DNA from: Felis catus
Lineage: Eukaryota
NCBI RefSeq assembly: GCF_018350175.1
Contig: NC_058368.1
Coordinates: 14,944,001 to 15,008,000 of the forward strand
Direction of reading: 5' to 3'
Length of the DNA: 64,000 bases
Part shown: piece after piece, positions 40,040 through 52,559 of the stretch
How positions within the stretch are numbered: position 1 is the first letter of the stretch
Layout of the letters: each line of letters starts with the position of its first letter
Made by a program: the position numbers and the translations under genes
The notes under the pieces: model-generated
What the model saw: only the letters and a program-made list of their open reading frames with translations
The model's database searches: none
Told to the model about the DNA's origin: nothing

Positions 40040-41880
40040 CAACAATTACTGTAGACAAATCCACGAGTAAATGCCAAAATTCATGAGCAAAAACTTAAGG
40101 AGAAGCAAGACATTCACGGAGCCTCAAACTTTCTCCCCCAAATATTTATTAGCTACAAAGGGAAAAATAGTAACTTTAGAGTGAAGGACACTGGCAAATA
40201 CCACCTTAACCTACTTATCATGGTTAATCTCACCAGTAATAAGACACAGCAACATCCTATACCCTGAAATGATGCGCTGAAAGGAACACAGCATCATTTC
40301 TGTGGAATTCTTGCCACAAAGAGATAACTTCAATCTAATCATCAGCTAAACCCAAACTGAAGGATGTTCTACGAAATAACTGACCAAAATGGCCAAGTCA
40401 TTAGAGACGAGGAAAGACCGAAGAACTGTCACAGCGTGGCAGAGATGAAGGAGAGGTGACAACTAAATGCATTGTGTGATTCTGGAACCAAAAATAAAAG
40501 GCCACTAGTGGAAAATTTGATGAAAGCTGAAAAAAGCCTGTAGTTTAGCTACTAGCATTGTTCCAAAGGTAATGGTACCATGGTTGTGTAAGATGTTGCA
40601 TTATGGGAAGGGCATCTGGGAACTCCCTACCTTTATGACAATTGTATTAAGTCCACATTAATTTCAAAATAAAAACTTTTAAACATGAGTATGGTAGCCT
40701 AGAACAAAGTTAAATTGAACCTTTATCTCACACTAACATTTACTAATATGACATCCATTAGAATACTTTTTAAAATGAAAACGTAGGGCACCTGGGTAGC
40801 TCAGTGGGCTAGGCTTCCAACTCTTGATATTGGCTCAGGTCATGATCTCACAGTTCGTGAGTTTGAGCCCTGCGTCGGGCTCTGCACTGACAGCACAGAG
40901 CCTGCTTGGGACTCTCTCTCTCTCCTTCTCTCTCTCTGCCCCTCCCCTGCTTGCATGTGTTCTTTCTCTCTCTCTCAAAATAAATAAATGTAAAAAAATT
41001 TTTTAATAAAATGAAAACATAAAAATACTAGAAGAAAATGAGGAAACTGGCTTTATAATTACAGAGTACAGAGAACCCAAGAGGCATGAAAATCAAGCCA
41101 TGAATGAAAAGCCTGATACATTTGATCATTTCAGGTTTTTTTTTTCAATCTGTATGGCAAAAAAAACACAGTAAACAATGTCACTAGATAAAGTACAATC
41201 TGGGAAAAATACTGTCAATAAATATCGCAAAGAGCTAGTATCTCTAAAAGGAAAAAGTCCAAAAAAATAAAAAAATAAAAGGAAAAAGTCCTACAAGTTA
41301 GTAAAAAAAGACCCCAATCTGGTAGGAAAATGGTCAAAAGCTATGAATAAAAGAAACAAATGCATTTTAATTATATGAAAAGATGAAAATTAAAACAATA
41401 GATACATTCTTTCGTCTTCCTAAGAGTTGGCAAATAGCAAAAAGTTACGCGAAACATTGTCTTGTTGAGGGTATAGGAAGACAGCCACTCTCATATGTTA
41501 CTGGTAAGTGTGTAACTTGGTACCACATCTATCAAGAGGAATTTTGCAACAGCTCTTTAGACTTTAATACCTGTACCTCTCTATCCAGCTTGTACCTTTC
41601 TACTACTTCTGGGAATTTGTCCCACAAAGATTCTCCGACATGGATAGAAAAGTTATACCTAAGGATATTCACGGCAAAACTGCATCTAAGAACAAAGGAT
41701 TGGTCACAACCTAAATGCCCATCAATAAAAGACTGGCTAAATAAATTAGGGCATGGTTGTATAAAGGAATACTATGAAGTCAGTAAAAAGAACATAGTAG
41801 TTCTAGATGTATGATATGACCTATTGTTAAGTGCACTGAGCAAGGAACAGAACTAGAAGCACAGTAAGTTACCTTCTGGA
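40040..41880 (+). mobile_element. Old L1M (L1MC/ME-like) fragments, interrupted by a SINE at 40786-41004
   Basis: acaaagggaaaaatagtaacttta...acaactaaatgca; ORF2 C-terminal relic WSQPKCPSIKDWLNKL in ORF 41383-41814. Confidence 0.72.
40786..41004 (+). mobile_element. CAN-SINE
   Basis: TSD aaaatgaaaac. Confidence 0.92.
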
Positions 41881-41941
41881 CAAATGATAATGTATACCCT
41901 AACATGCACCGATATGAGATGATACTCAAAAATAAAAACAA

Positions 41942-42159
41942 GGGGTGCCTGGGTGACTCGGGCGGTTAAGCGTCCAACTTTGGCTCAAGTCACGATCTCA
42001 CGGTTCATGGGTTTGAGCTCCACGTCGAGCTCTGTGCCGACAGCTCAGAGCCTGGAGCCTGCTTCGGATTCTGTGTCTCCCTCTCTCTCTGCCCCTCCCC
42101 TGCTTGTGCTCTCTGTGTGCACGTCTCTCTCTCAAAAATAAATACATTTAAAAAAAAAA
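41942..42159 (+). mobile_element. CAN-SINE
   Basis: Head, CT tract, tail. Confidence 0.92.
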
Positions 42160-42256
42160 CTTTTAAACAATTAACAGTAACAAAAACTAGTAAACAGTTT
42201 GCTGTGGGGGAATTTGAGAGAGAGTATGTTTTCTAGCTCTTTAAGAATGAATTTCA

Positions 42257-42484
42257 GGGGCGCCTGGGTGGCGCAGTCAGTTAAGCATCCGACTTCAGCC
42301 AGGTCACGATCTCGCGGTCCGTGAGTTCGAGCCCCGCATCGGGCTCTGGGCTGATGGCTCAGAGTCTGGAGCCTGTTTCCGATTCTGTGTCTCCCTCTCT
42401 CTCTGCCCCTCCCCCGTTCATGCTCTGTCTCTCTCTGTCCCAAAAATAAATAAACGTTGAAAAAAAAATTAAAAAAAAAAAAAA
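42257..42484 (+). mobile_element. Young feline SINE (SINEC_Fc)
   Basis: Perfect 14-bp TSD aagaatgaatttca (42243-42256 and 42483-42496), CpG-rich. Confidence 0.97.
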
Positions 42485-42939
42485 GAATGAATTTCAAAAG
42501 TTTAATATAGCAGGGAGAGGCGCAGATATAAGAAGCCAGTGAATTAGAGAAACAAAGAAATCAATAACACCACATCAAGGGAAATAAAAATCGCCAGAAG
42601 AGCTGGGTGACCGGAAATCGTGGTTAGAGATTCCCTAACTGTGGGGTGAAATGTGGATTTATTCCTGAAAGGTTCATTCTGATGGAGACTTGGGAACATC
42701 TCTTACACAGCAGCTCCAGAGTCAGACAGTATCTAGGGTGAAGCATGGGGGTCAAGGTGTGTGACAGCTGAGAAAGAAGGGCACTCATTTCTTATACATA
42801 CATATCTGCTGTACAAACTAACTTACTTCTATCCAAAGGACAACATACCTGAATAGTATTTATGTTAATGCTTAAAGGAAACATCTTGGCCTTCTTTTAC
42901 CAACATGGACACAAGATGTTAAAAGAATGCTTATTTAAG

Positions 42940-43300
42940 ACAGCAGAAAGATTCATGGTTGCCAGGGGTTAGGGAGGGATGAAAAGATAGAGCACAGAGG
43001 ATTTGTAGGGCAGTACAACTATTCTGCGTGATCCTACGATGCTTCATACATGCCATTACCCCTTCGGCAAAATTCAAGGAACACACACAATGCCAAGACT
43101 GAACTCCAATGTAAACTATGGACTTTTGATGATAATGATGTGTCCGTGTAGATTCATCAATTATAACAAGTGCACCACTCCGATGACGACAGGGGACACT
43201 TGTTCATGTGTCATGAGGGAGGGGTCTATGAGAAATATTTGTACCTTCTGCTCAATTTTGCTAAGAACCTAAAACTGCGCTGAAAGTAAAGCCTATTTAA
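42940..43300 (+). mobile_element. L1MC-like 3'UTR fragment
   Basis: tggttgccaggggttaggg...gagcacagaggatt...aatgtaaactatggacttt...gataatgatgtgtc...gctcaattttgct. Confidence 0.82.
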
Positions 43301-43308
43301 AAGTAGGT

Positions 43309-43752
43309 GGGGTGGCTCATCCGCTGAGCGTCTGAGTCTTGATTTTGGCTCTGGTCATGATCTCAGGGTTCCTAAGCTTGAGCCGCACCTCGGGCACTGT
43401 ACTAACAATGCAGAGCCTGCTTGGACTTCTCTCTCTCCTCCTCTCTCTAACCCTCCCCCACACAAGATCGCATGCTCTCTCTCTCTCTCTCAAAATAAAT
43501 AAACAAACTTAAAAAAATAAAGTAGTGGGATGAGGCGCTTGGGTGGCTCAGTCAGTTAAGTGTCTGACTTCGGCTCAGGTCATGATCTCGCGGTTTGTGG
43601 GTTCAAGACCCCCATTGGGTTCTGCGCTGACAGCTTGGAGCCTAAAGCCTGCTTCAGATTCTGTGTCCCCCTCTCTCTTTTTGCCTCTCCTCCACTCGCA
43701 CTCTGTCTCTATCTCAAAAAAAAATAAGCAAACATTAAAAAAAAAAATTTTT
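43309..43752 (+). mobile_element. Two tandem CAN-SINEs (43309-43520, 43533-43752)
   Basis: Two heads and tails about 12 bp apart. Confidence 0.9.
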
Positions 43753-44119
43753 AAGTGGAGTGGATGGATATCCCTCAACACATACATTACTGATGCTTGA
43801 GGGTCTCATAAAGAAAAAAATCAATCAGTTAATTCTTGGGATCTATATTACATCTTTCTTCTAAGAATTTAAAGGTTTTAAATGTCATTCCTTCATTTAT
43901 CTTCACAACATTTACACACCTATAGTGGAACATAAATAGTGTAAAATTTGGGGGAAAGAGGCAATATTGGGAATATGAGGCCAAGTTTTAAGGTAAACCA
44001 CTTGCAGAAATAGGTCTGCAATTCAACTTTCCTTATTAATTATCCTGACTTCTTCAATGTATTAAGGCCATTTTGAAGGCAAACAACTAAAATTGCCATC
44101 CATTGTCTGCTCTTACATA

Positions 44120-44121
44120 CG

Positions 44122-44153
<32 letters not shown>
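44120..44153. repeat. (TG)n microsatellite
   Basis: Directly visible. Confidence 0.92.
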
Positions 44154-44154
<1 letters not shown>

Positions 44155-44309
44155 ACATCCATGCATAGACAGACACACCTATAATCATACATAAACACAC
44201 ATACACACTCATACATTTATACTTCAGGCAAAGAATCAGCTCTGTTGATGCTCTTAGAACAAATTTAGGCATAATCATCTGTGTATAATAATAATTTAAA
44301 AACAGTGCA

Positions 44310-44516
44310 GGGGCACCTGGGTGGCTCAGTCAATTAAGCATCTTTGGCTCAGGTCATGATCTCACAGTTCTTGAGTTTGAGCCCTGGATCAGGCTCTCTC
44401 TCTCTGTCAGCACAGAGCCCATTTCAGAACCTCTGTCCACCTCTCACACTGCCCCTCCCCCGCCTGTGCTCTGTCTCTCAAAATAAATAAATAAACTTAA
44501 AAAATAAAAACAAAAA
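44310..44516 (+). mobile_element. CAN-SINE
   Basis: TSD aaaacagtgca. Confidence 0.92.
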
Positions 44517-46565
44517 CAGTGCAAGTGACCCCGAGACTGTTAGAAATAAAGAAACTCACATATGTCATTGTAATTCAGAATTTTTAGTATGAGATGAGAA
44601 AGAACAGGCTTAAAAAAAAAAAAACAATTAGAAGTCAAATACACTTGTCACTGCATCCACTAAAAGGATTTAATTTAAAACTCAAACATCAGCATATTGG
44701 AAGGGGAAATGAGAAGCTAATAACATGCATTGACGTTTACATAAAATTAGTATGTAAAGTGAGAGATATGAACCTAATGATGAATATGAAGTAACGGTTT
44801 GCATTTTAACAGACTAAGCAAAAATGTAATTGACAAAGAGGCCAATCTAAATGAATTTCCAGCTACTTCAACACTAAGTGCAGCTGCATGCTGGCAGTAT
44901 TATAAATGAGAAAAAAAAAGTCTGTTTAAACTGGATTTTTAAAAAAATGCAGCCAATATGTGAACTTACACACTGTACCGGAGTTACCATTCATTCAATC
45001 AGAAAAAGGAATTTTTTCCCAAAAAGTAAATTTTTAACATCAGAATAGTCAATCTGCAGTTGCTTTATATCGATTGAAGAGAAGAGTATTTGGAGGTAAG
45101 TGAAAATACTAAAGTGTTGCTGGGAGCTGTATCTGTCATTCCTGGAATTAAGTCAAGGTTAAAAACATTTGTTTTCAAGAAAAATCTAATACTATAAAAT
45201 TTCATTTGAAAGCCACTAAGAATACCCCACTTGGTATCTCATTTGTGGCAGTTATGAGCTCAAGCTCGGGCACCAGCTATCCCGGGTTCAAATCCTAACT
45301 CTACCATTTCTTGCTGTGTGACCTTGAGCAAGGTCTTAGTAGAAGGATGGTAACAGTGCCTAGCTCCTGGGATCACTGTGAAAATTAAATGTATTCATAT
45401 ATGCAAGACAGACGCTCCAGAACTGTGAGCGGTCATTACTCTCAGGATAGCAGTCTCTTAGAGAGGGCATTCTTGTGTTAAAAAAACGGACAAAGAAGGT
45501 GGTGGCGAGCATTCCATGATCTTCCTGGTCCTTGTACATAAAGAACTGTTGGTTCCCATCTCTCACACCTTCTCCTTGGTGGATGGGAATCACGGGAATA
45601 TCTGTGGCCACTTCTCAGTAAAGATCAATTCTGGGAGGGAACCTGACTGAAATACACCTCCCCCACCCCACAGCTGCTGCACAAGGGACTCTAGACCCAG
45701 TGAGGAGCCAAGCCCGGCTGTCTTAAAATGTGTTTCGAGATGTTGGCATATTTTCTCTGTATCACCATCAGTCCTCAAAGGGGTGGTTTGATGACTGATC
45801 ATGCACCTGACTTTGCATTTCACCTTTATCCAGATCCTTCAGAATAGCCCCCCAAATGTTTTATTTAACCCCGTATTTTCCAAGGTCAGGAAAAGGACAG
45901 GGCACAAAAATCAAAGCCGATGCAGAAAGATTTCATGTTCATTCTTCCCCTTTAATTTACTGAAAGTGCCAGCTTCTGAATAGAAGGAAGAAGGCCAAGT
46001 CTACAGGCATCTTGGCAGGGTGACGAGTCACTGAAAAGAGATGTGAATTCCCACATAATAAACACACCAAACCCAGGCTCTCCACACCCTCTCAAGTCCA
46101 GTCATACTGCGACTGGACTGGCACCCCTGCCAGCAGATCAAGGGAAGGAAAATGGGAGGAAGACGCAAGACGCCCTCAGCCTTAAAACACATACAAACTC
46201 TGGTTCCAGAGGAGGGCAAGAGGGCTCGCCTATGTGCCATTAAGGGGACAGGGGCCCCAAACCCCCAGCTACCTGCACAAGAGAGGGAGGCTATTATGTG
46301 CATGGCATTCCTCCAGGATCCAGTAAGACAGCGGGCCCAGGCAGACATATCTGGAGTGGAGATGAGCGCAGGGTGAAGTCAAGCACTTCCAAACCTCTAA
46401 ATTTCCTTTCCCGTCTTCCTCTGTGCTGAGGGCTACTTCATCACGACCCTGACAACTCAGACTTAGGAATTCCCACTCTCCAGAGATCAGTCAGCCTCGT
46501 TTACACCTTAGCATGAATGTAACCCGTTATTTCTCTCCAAGTCACTTTACTTGGTTTGTGATTTC

Positions 46566-47025
46566 TTTTTTTTTTTTTTTAATTTTTTTTTTTTTCAACG
46601 TTTATTTATTTTTGGGACAGAGAGAGACAGAGCATGAACGGGGGAGGGGCAGAGAGAGAGGGAGACACAGAATTGGAAGCAGGCTCCAGGCTCTGAGCCA
46701 TCAGCCCAGAGCCTGAGGCGGGGCTCAAACTCCCGGACGGCGAGATCGTGACCTGGCTGAAGTCGGACGCTTAACCGACTGCGCCACCCAGGCGCCCCTC
46801 TTTTTTTTTTTTTTTTTTTAATGTTTATTTATTTTTGAGGGAGAGAGAGAGACAGACAGAGCATGAGCGGAAAAGGAGCAGAAAGAGAGGGAGACACAGG
46901 ATCCAAAGCAGGCTCCAGGCTCTGAGCTGTCAGCACAGAGCCCGACGCAGGGCTTGAACTCACAAATGGGGAGATCATGACCTGAGCCAAAGCCGGAAGC
47001 TTAACCAACTGAACCACCCAGGGGC
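46566..47025 (-). mobile_element. Young SINE (46566-46798) inserted into the A tail of an older SINE (46801-47025)
   Basis: Two reverse SINE bodies enclosed by a single outer TSD tgtgatttct (46557-46566 and 47035-47044). Confidence 0.92.
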
Positions 47026-47852
47026 TTCTTTGCTTGTGATTTCTAAGGTGATTATAGGCTTTCTGTGCCGCTCCCGTGGCGTTGGGACTGAAGCAAGTGT
47101 ACCTATTCTGCTTGCACAAGACACCACACCTCATCCAGGGACTAAAACGGTCTCATTTCCACATGAAATGTCTAAAACAGATAATTACTGTTAACCTAAA
47201 TTCAACTTTAAGAAACAATAAACTGAACAGATTCATTCCTTTATATTCTCAGGTACCCCAGAAAGACAAGAATCCTTTAAACTCAAAAGGAAGCACCATA
47301 TGAGAAAGAGATGCCAGAAAACCTAATTTTTAGTGCAGTATCAACACTACCTTACCATGTGACCATCGACATGTCACTCGAATTTTCTAGGCCTCAGTCT
47401 CCAGTGACAGAATTAATGGGCTTGCTACCTACACAAGGTTCCCTTCTACTCAAAACGTTCACAATCCATTAGGTACTTTCAGTTCAAGTAATTTCAGACA
47501 GCAAAAGTTCATTTGCATCTAGAAATGAATACGAACAATGTGATTAAAGATATAAAAACAGGCTTTTAAAATTAATGTAGCTTGGGTATGAGAAAAGAAG
47601 CAGAGAATGCGGGAGAATTAAGACACCTTTTCCCTCAGTCCATCATTATAAGAAGCCTGACCTAATAACATTAGCGGGTTTTTTTTCTTCCTTTTTCCAC
47701 TACAGTACAGCAAAGTGAACTCCCAGATCTGTGAACCATAAGGGTCGGAGCTGAATGAGGCTGATGTGTCTTAGCGATCAAGTGCAGGTGCCTAGAACAA
47801 TGCGGAAACCTGAGAAAGCATCCTCTAGGGTCCCTTGGGAGTTCGCGCTCAC

Positions 47853-48228
47853 CTTCCACCAGTTGGTCCAGGCTGGAAATCTTCTTGAGCCCATCAATGG
47901 TGTAGATCGTTCTCACTCCCTGGGGCAAATTCACGTTATCCGACAGAGTTCGCGTCAAGTCAGCCAGCAGGGCCTCAAAGGATCGGAAGCGGTCTGGAGA
48001 GATGGCATACACAATCCCTTTGAAGTATCGATCTCCGTTTCGATAGAAACGAACTTTCTTGGCCTTCTTCTCAGAGCTGAGGGTCTGCAGCGTGCGGGTT
48101 CGGTAGAAGCTGCAGTGGGCGCTGTGCGTTGGGCTCGGCAGCCCATTCACCCGCGACCCTCTGCTGTATCTCTGCGCCTTGTCCCGCTCGTCAAAGTGCT
48201 CCAGCTCCATATCTCTGCCGAAGGACAT
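47853..48228 (-). CDS. DCLK1: DCLK1 first coding exon (exon 2): N-terminus and most of DCX domain 1. Whole exon is 47853-48247, including 19 nt of 5'UTR
   Basis: Translates [71 protein letters not shown]...LDQLVEG, the DCLK1 N-terminus. Acceptor is a poly-T tract then cctag|GTT at 48247. Donor AAG|GTGAGC at 47853. A at Kozak -3. 376 coding nt, phase 1. Confidence 0.98.
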
Positions 48229-49454
48229 GATGGAGTTAAAGTGGAACCTAGGAGGCACAGAAGGAAAAAAAAAAAAAACAGAGACACATACTGATGTTAT
48301 TTTAAGACCATGATTTGAAAGGCTCAGCTCCAGAGCAGCTGGTGGAAATATCGCTGCAGTTGATGATATATTTAATATGAGTTATCAAGTTGGAAGAGAA
48401 GGAAGACAACGAAGAAGTAGAAGAGGCAGCCTCTGCGGAAACAGCTTATTAATCAACCCCAGGTTCATTAGAAACAGCTCCTATGTATTGACCACCTATT
48501 GGGTTCTGGACAGCTGTTATTTCCAAGTCCCAACAAACCCTTCCAAGGACTATTATCCCTATTTACAGATGAATAAAATGAGGCACAGAAAAATGTCTTC
48601 AGGTCCTACAGTTGGGAAATGCTTGAACCGAGACCTCCCACCCACATTTGCTGGGCTACAAAGCCCAAACCTCCCTACCATGTGCTCACTCTGGTGGGAG
48701 AGGGAAGATAAGCTTTCATATTACACAGGGCTAAAGATAGTAGTGGTGGTGGGCCAGGAAACAAAAGAGGCGGTCAGCATTTAACAGTCACATTATAAAC
48801 TTCTCATGCAGCTTTGCACTCCCCCTGGCCAGATGGAGAGCAAACTGAATCAATCCCTGGGTTCTAACAACTGAAGATTTTCCAACACATTCATATATTA
48901 GATAGCAGCGTTTTCTAAAAGTGATTTCACCGTAACTCCTTTACTGACATTTAGTGCTTCAGATAAGTTGGGTTAAAAAAAAAGAAGAAAAAGGAGGAGG
49001 AGGAAGAGAAGAAGAGGAAAAAGAAGAACAAGAAGGGAGAAAAGTTACTTCTTGGGAGGGCTCTGCCTCTCCTTCCACTTTGTCTTTGCCGCTGAGAGAA
49101 CAGGAGCTTAGAGATGCTGAGCAAGTACATTCCTCAAGGTGACACAGCTAGTCCAGGACCAAGTCTGGATCAACATCTTTAAGCCTCACTTGCTCAACTA
49201 CACATAGGGAAGCTAATCATACCTACCTTAAGTATTAATACCTGAAGCACTTGGGAGAGTGTCTAGCATGAGATAAGTATTAATGTTGTTTATTAATAAA
49301 ATCTGCTTTTCTCTTAACTCTGTCACAGAAACAACTAGGAGGAAAAGAATCTCCCCCTTTTCTGGTAAGGAAAAGCTCCTTATGGGTCTGCCTGATTTTC
49401 ACCTTATGACCTTCTGAAAGGTATATGCTTGTACCCTCACGGTCCCCATTTTAC

Positions 49455-49673
49455 TTTTTTTTTTAATTTTTTTAATGTTTATTTATTTTTGAGACACAGA
49501 AAGACAGCACGAGCAGGGGAGGGGCAGAAAGAGAGGGAGACACAGAATCTGAAGCAGCTCCAGGCTCTGAGCTATCAGCACAGAGCTCGACACAGGGGAC
49601 AAACCCATGAACCGCTAGATCATGACCTGAGCCAAAGTCGGACCCTTAACCGACTGAGCCACCCAGGTGCCCC
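49455..49673 (-). mobile_element. CAN-SINE in intron 1
   Basis: Reverse SINE body. Confidence 0.93.
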
Positions 49674-50985
49674 TAGTTCCCGTATTACTTTCTATGGAGC
49701 CCTGTCATCAGCAAGCTGCCTGTGGGATCAATTCATCCTTGCTAAGAGATTAGCTGATAAAGGCCTGTGGCCTAACCTTGCAGGGGATCCGTATTTTAAC
49801 AGAATGATCTAGAAAGCATTCAGAAGAAAGTTTTGATGACAAAATTTCAGGCATGATGAAACACAATATAAGGGAAAGGGAAAATCTGGGGCAAGAACCT
49901 TAGGAGTGCTCCCCAAATCCCACCAAATAGACAAGGTTGCCTTTCTGAAGGTCAATCCAGCCTCCCTGACCTTTCCTCGACCCTCAGTAAACTAACCTCT
50001 GGTCTATTCAGAGTGGCTAAAAATTCATGTTTAAAAGCACTGCTAGGGATTGTGCACTCCTGAAATGAAGTGGAAAAAGCTAATGTTTATTGAATGTCTA
50101 TGATGTGGCTGACACTATTATTCAGCAATCAATTATTGTGTAATCTGCTAAAAATTCCCTTCTAAACCTCACAATAATCCATTGAGGTCAGTAATATTAT
50201 TACGATTGAAGGTGAGGATAGGATATATATATCCAGGGTCCCGGAGTTATCATAATTGAGGGAGTTGGGATTTGAACCTGGGTTTACTCTGACTGACTCG
50301 GAAGCTGGCACTCCCTCCTTTCTACCCCATGTGATAGGTCTTCGAGGCCAGACTCCCTGAGATCCTCCCTAGATCCATTCATCCATGTAAAGTAGGGGTT
50401 TTTTTAAAATAGCCCTGTGACCTTGGGGAGGTCACTCTGCGGAAGGCCCCATCTCCAGACAGAGTGGGTAGTGGTCACCTGGCCTCTATTATCTTCACTT
50501 GCTCAGGATTCCATTGCTGACCCCAATGGGGGCCAGGGTGTGATTCAAACCTGGACTGATGAGCAGTTCAGTATATTTTTTCCTACAAATATGAAAAAAA
50601 CTACCTCAGGCCTCTTAATAACTCATAATAGTCTAAATTTGTATCTTCCAGAAAAAGTTATAGCATACGTAGGTAGATAGGAATCAGTTTCGTTGATTTC
50701 GAAGTTGGATAACTTTGAAACAGTGATCACTTGATATCTAGTTCTTCAGGCAACTATTAACTGAGTAACAGAACCAATACTTTGTCCATGGTATCACAAC
50801 TGCTCCTACTGTTTGGTCTCTTCTCAAAAGGAGCTCTTTTGTCTTCCAAAAAGGGGCGTTTGTATGGGGGGAGGGGACAATGGGGTACCATGCTAACTCA
50901 CTAAGCTCTTCAAACTTCATATATTATAGAGGCCAATTTGGCTTTTGAAGTTTCTGTTTTATTCGTTTCTTTCTCTATTTTTCAA

Positions 50986-51162
50986 TTTTTTTTAAGTTAG
51001 AGCAAGAGAGAGAGTGGGGGAGGGGCAGAAAGAGGAGAGAGAATCACAAGTGGGCTCCATGCTGTCAGCACGGAGCCCAATGTGGGGCTCAAACTCACAA
51101 ACCGTGAGATCATGACCTGAGCCGAAGTTGGACACAACCAACTGAGCCACCCAGCTGCCCCT
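50986..51162 (-). mobile_element. CAN-SINE in intron 1
   Basis: Reverse SINE body. Confidence 0.9.
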
Positions 51163-52559
51163 ATTTTTAAAGGCAGTAATCAATCTTCCAACCCTAGAGG
51201 TTTCCTCACAAATCTATACAAACCAAGCAGGACCATAGCGAAGGATGACACAATTGTGTCACCAGTGTGCTGATGTAGTCTGAAGGGGCTTTAATCTAGT
51301 GATTCACAATTTGCAAAAGCCAAATAATTTGGCAACTGATGGAAGTCCCTAGAGGAATCAGAAATAGAAAAAATTAAAATGGAAAAAAAAGTTGATTTTA
51401 TCTGTTTCCTCAAACTTGATCATACATTCAACCAGGACAAGTACCACATCTTTGACTTCCTTTCACTGAGCCTGCCCAAAAGTCAGCAATGATGTTGGCG
51501 ACAAAGAAAAACCGCACTCGGAGTGAAATCATTTTCAAGGCTACAGCTACCACTAACTGGATGGCAAAAACCACACTACACACTAATGTTCCAGTAATCA
51601 TGTGCGGCATCAAAAGAGGTTTTCCTTCTCCTGTCTTGGCTGTCTCAGCTCTTCAACGGGCTCGGTCATATATTTGAACCAAGGGGTCCTGAAGAAGAGT
51701 CACTGGGCTTCCACAGGTCCTTGCTTTCTGCACAGGAAGACTGCCAAAGCACAGAGACACAGGTTCACAGACCGTAGGTGGCTAGAGGCCTGGGTACACA
51801 TGTGTCACGGTACCAAGAAGGGAAACCACACCGCCCTGGCCACAGAGATCATAGACACTTGGGAGGGGAAAGACGGGGCCCGGCTCTTCTCAGAGATATT
51901 CTATAAACACTGCCATCCCAAGAAATCAGCACCCTCAATTGTCTTCTGTGGGATTTCTCACCATTTTGAGGAAACTCTGTGTTCCTCCTTCTCTAGAGGA
52001 GGGCATGAGTTCCCGTTTCAGAGATTTCCACAAACACACACACACCCACCCCAAGACATAATTTGGCATAAAGATGACCACATCTAAATAGATGCTGGAG
52101 CTGTAAGTCCCAAGGCATATTTTGCCAGTGGGATTAGGATGCAGGTGGATGGGCAGGTATGGAATAAGAGGCACACACATACCTTCAGAGTACACGCATC
52201 ATGCTGGACACAGATCGCACAGGATGTGTGCCAATCTTTTATAATGTTCCTGCAGATAACCCCTCTCGAAATCCCTTCTCAATGGCCTTCATGTGACATT
52301 TCACACCTAAAAGACTGTCCTACTTTCCTTTCCAGTGGAAAGGTGATATATTTAGGAACATTCATAAAGCGTATTCACGAAACACCCTGCAGTGTGGCCG
52401 CTGAACGCGTGTGCACCATAATCTGGACACACACTCACAGGTGTGGAGAGGGAGCCGGTTTGAACGAAACCTTTCATTTGCTCCATCTCTTACAAGCATT
52501 TCCTTGCTAAATCCAGCAGTGATTCCGCGCAAACCTGGTTTTCAAAAGCAGCCTCTTTT

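Noticed and set aside
5789..47134. Recurring ORFs with AQSVKRLTSAQVMISRF / LTAQSLEPASDSVSPSLS resembling a repeated protein family or array
   Set aside because: These are translations of CAN-SINE copies, neither genes nor CRISPR-like repeats; the tRNA-like heads are not tRNA genes.
47755..48294. 179-aa plus-strand ORF
   Set aside because: Antisense shadow of exon 2.
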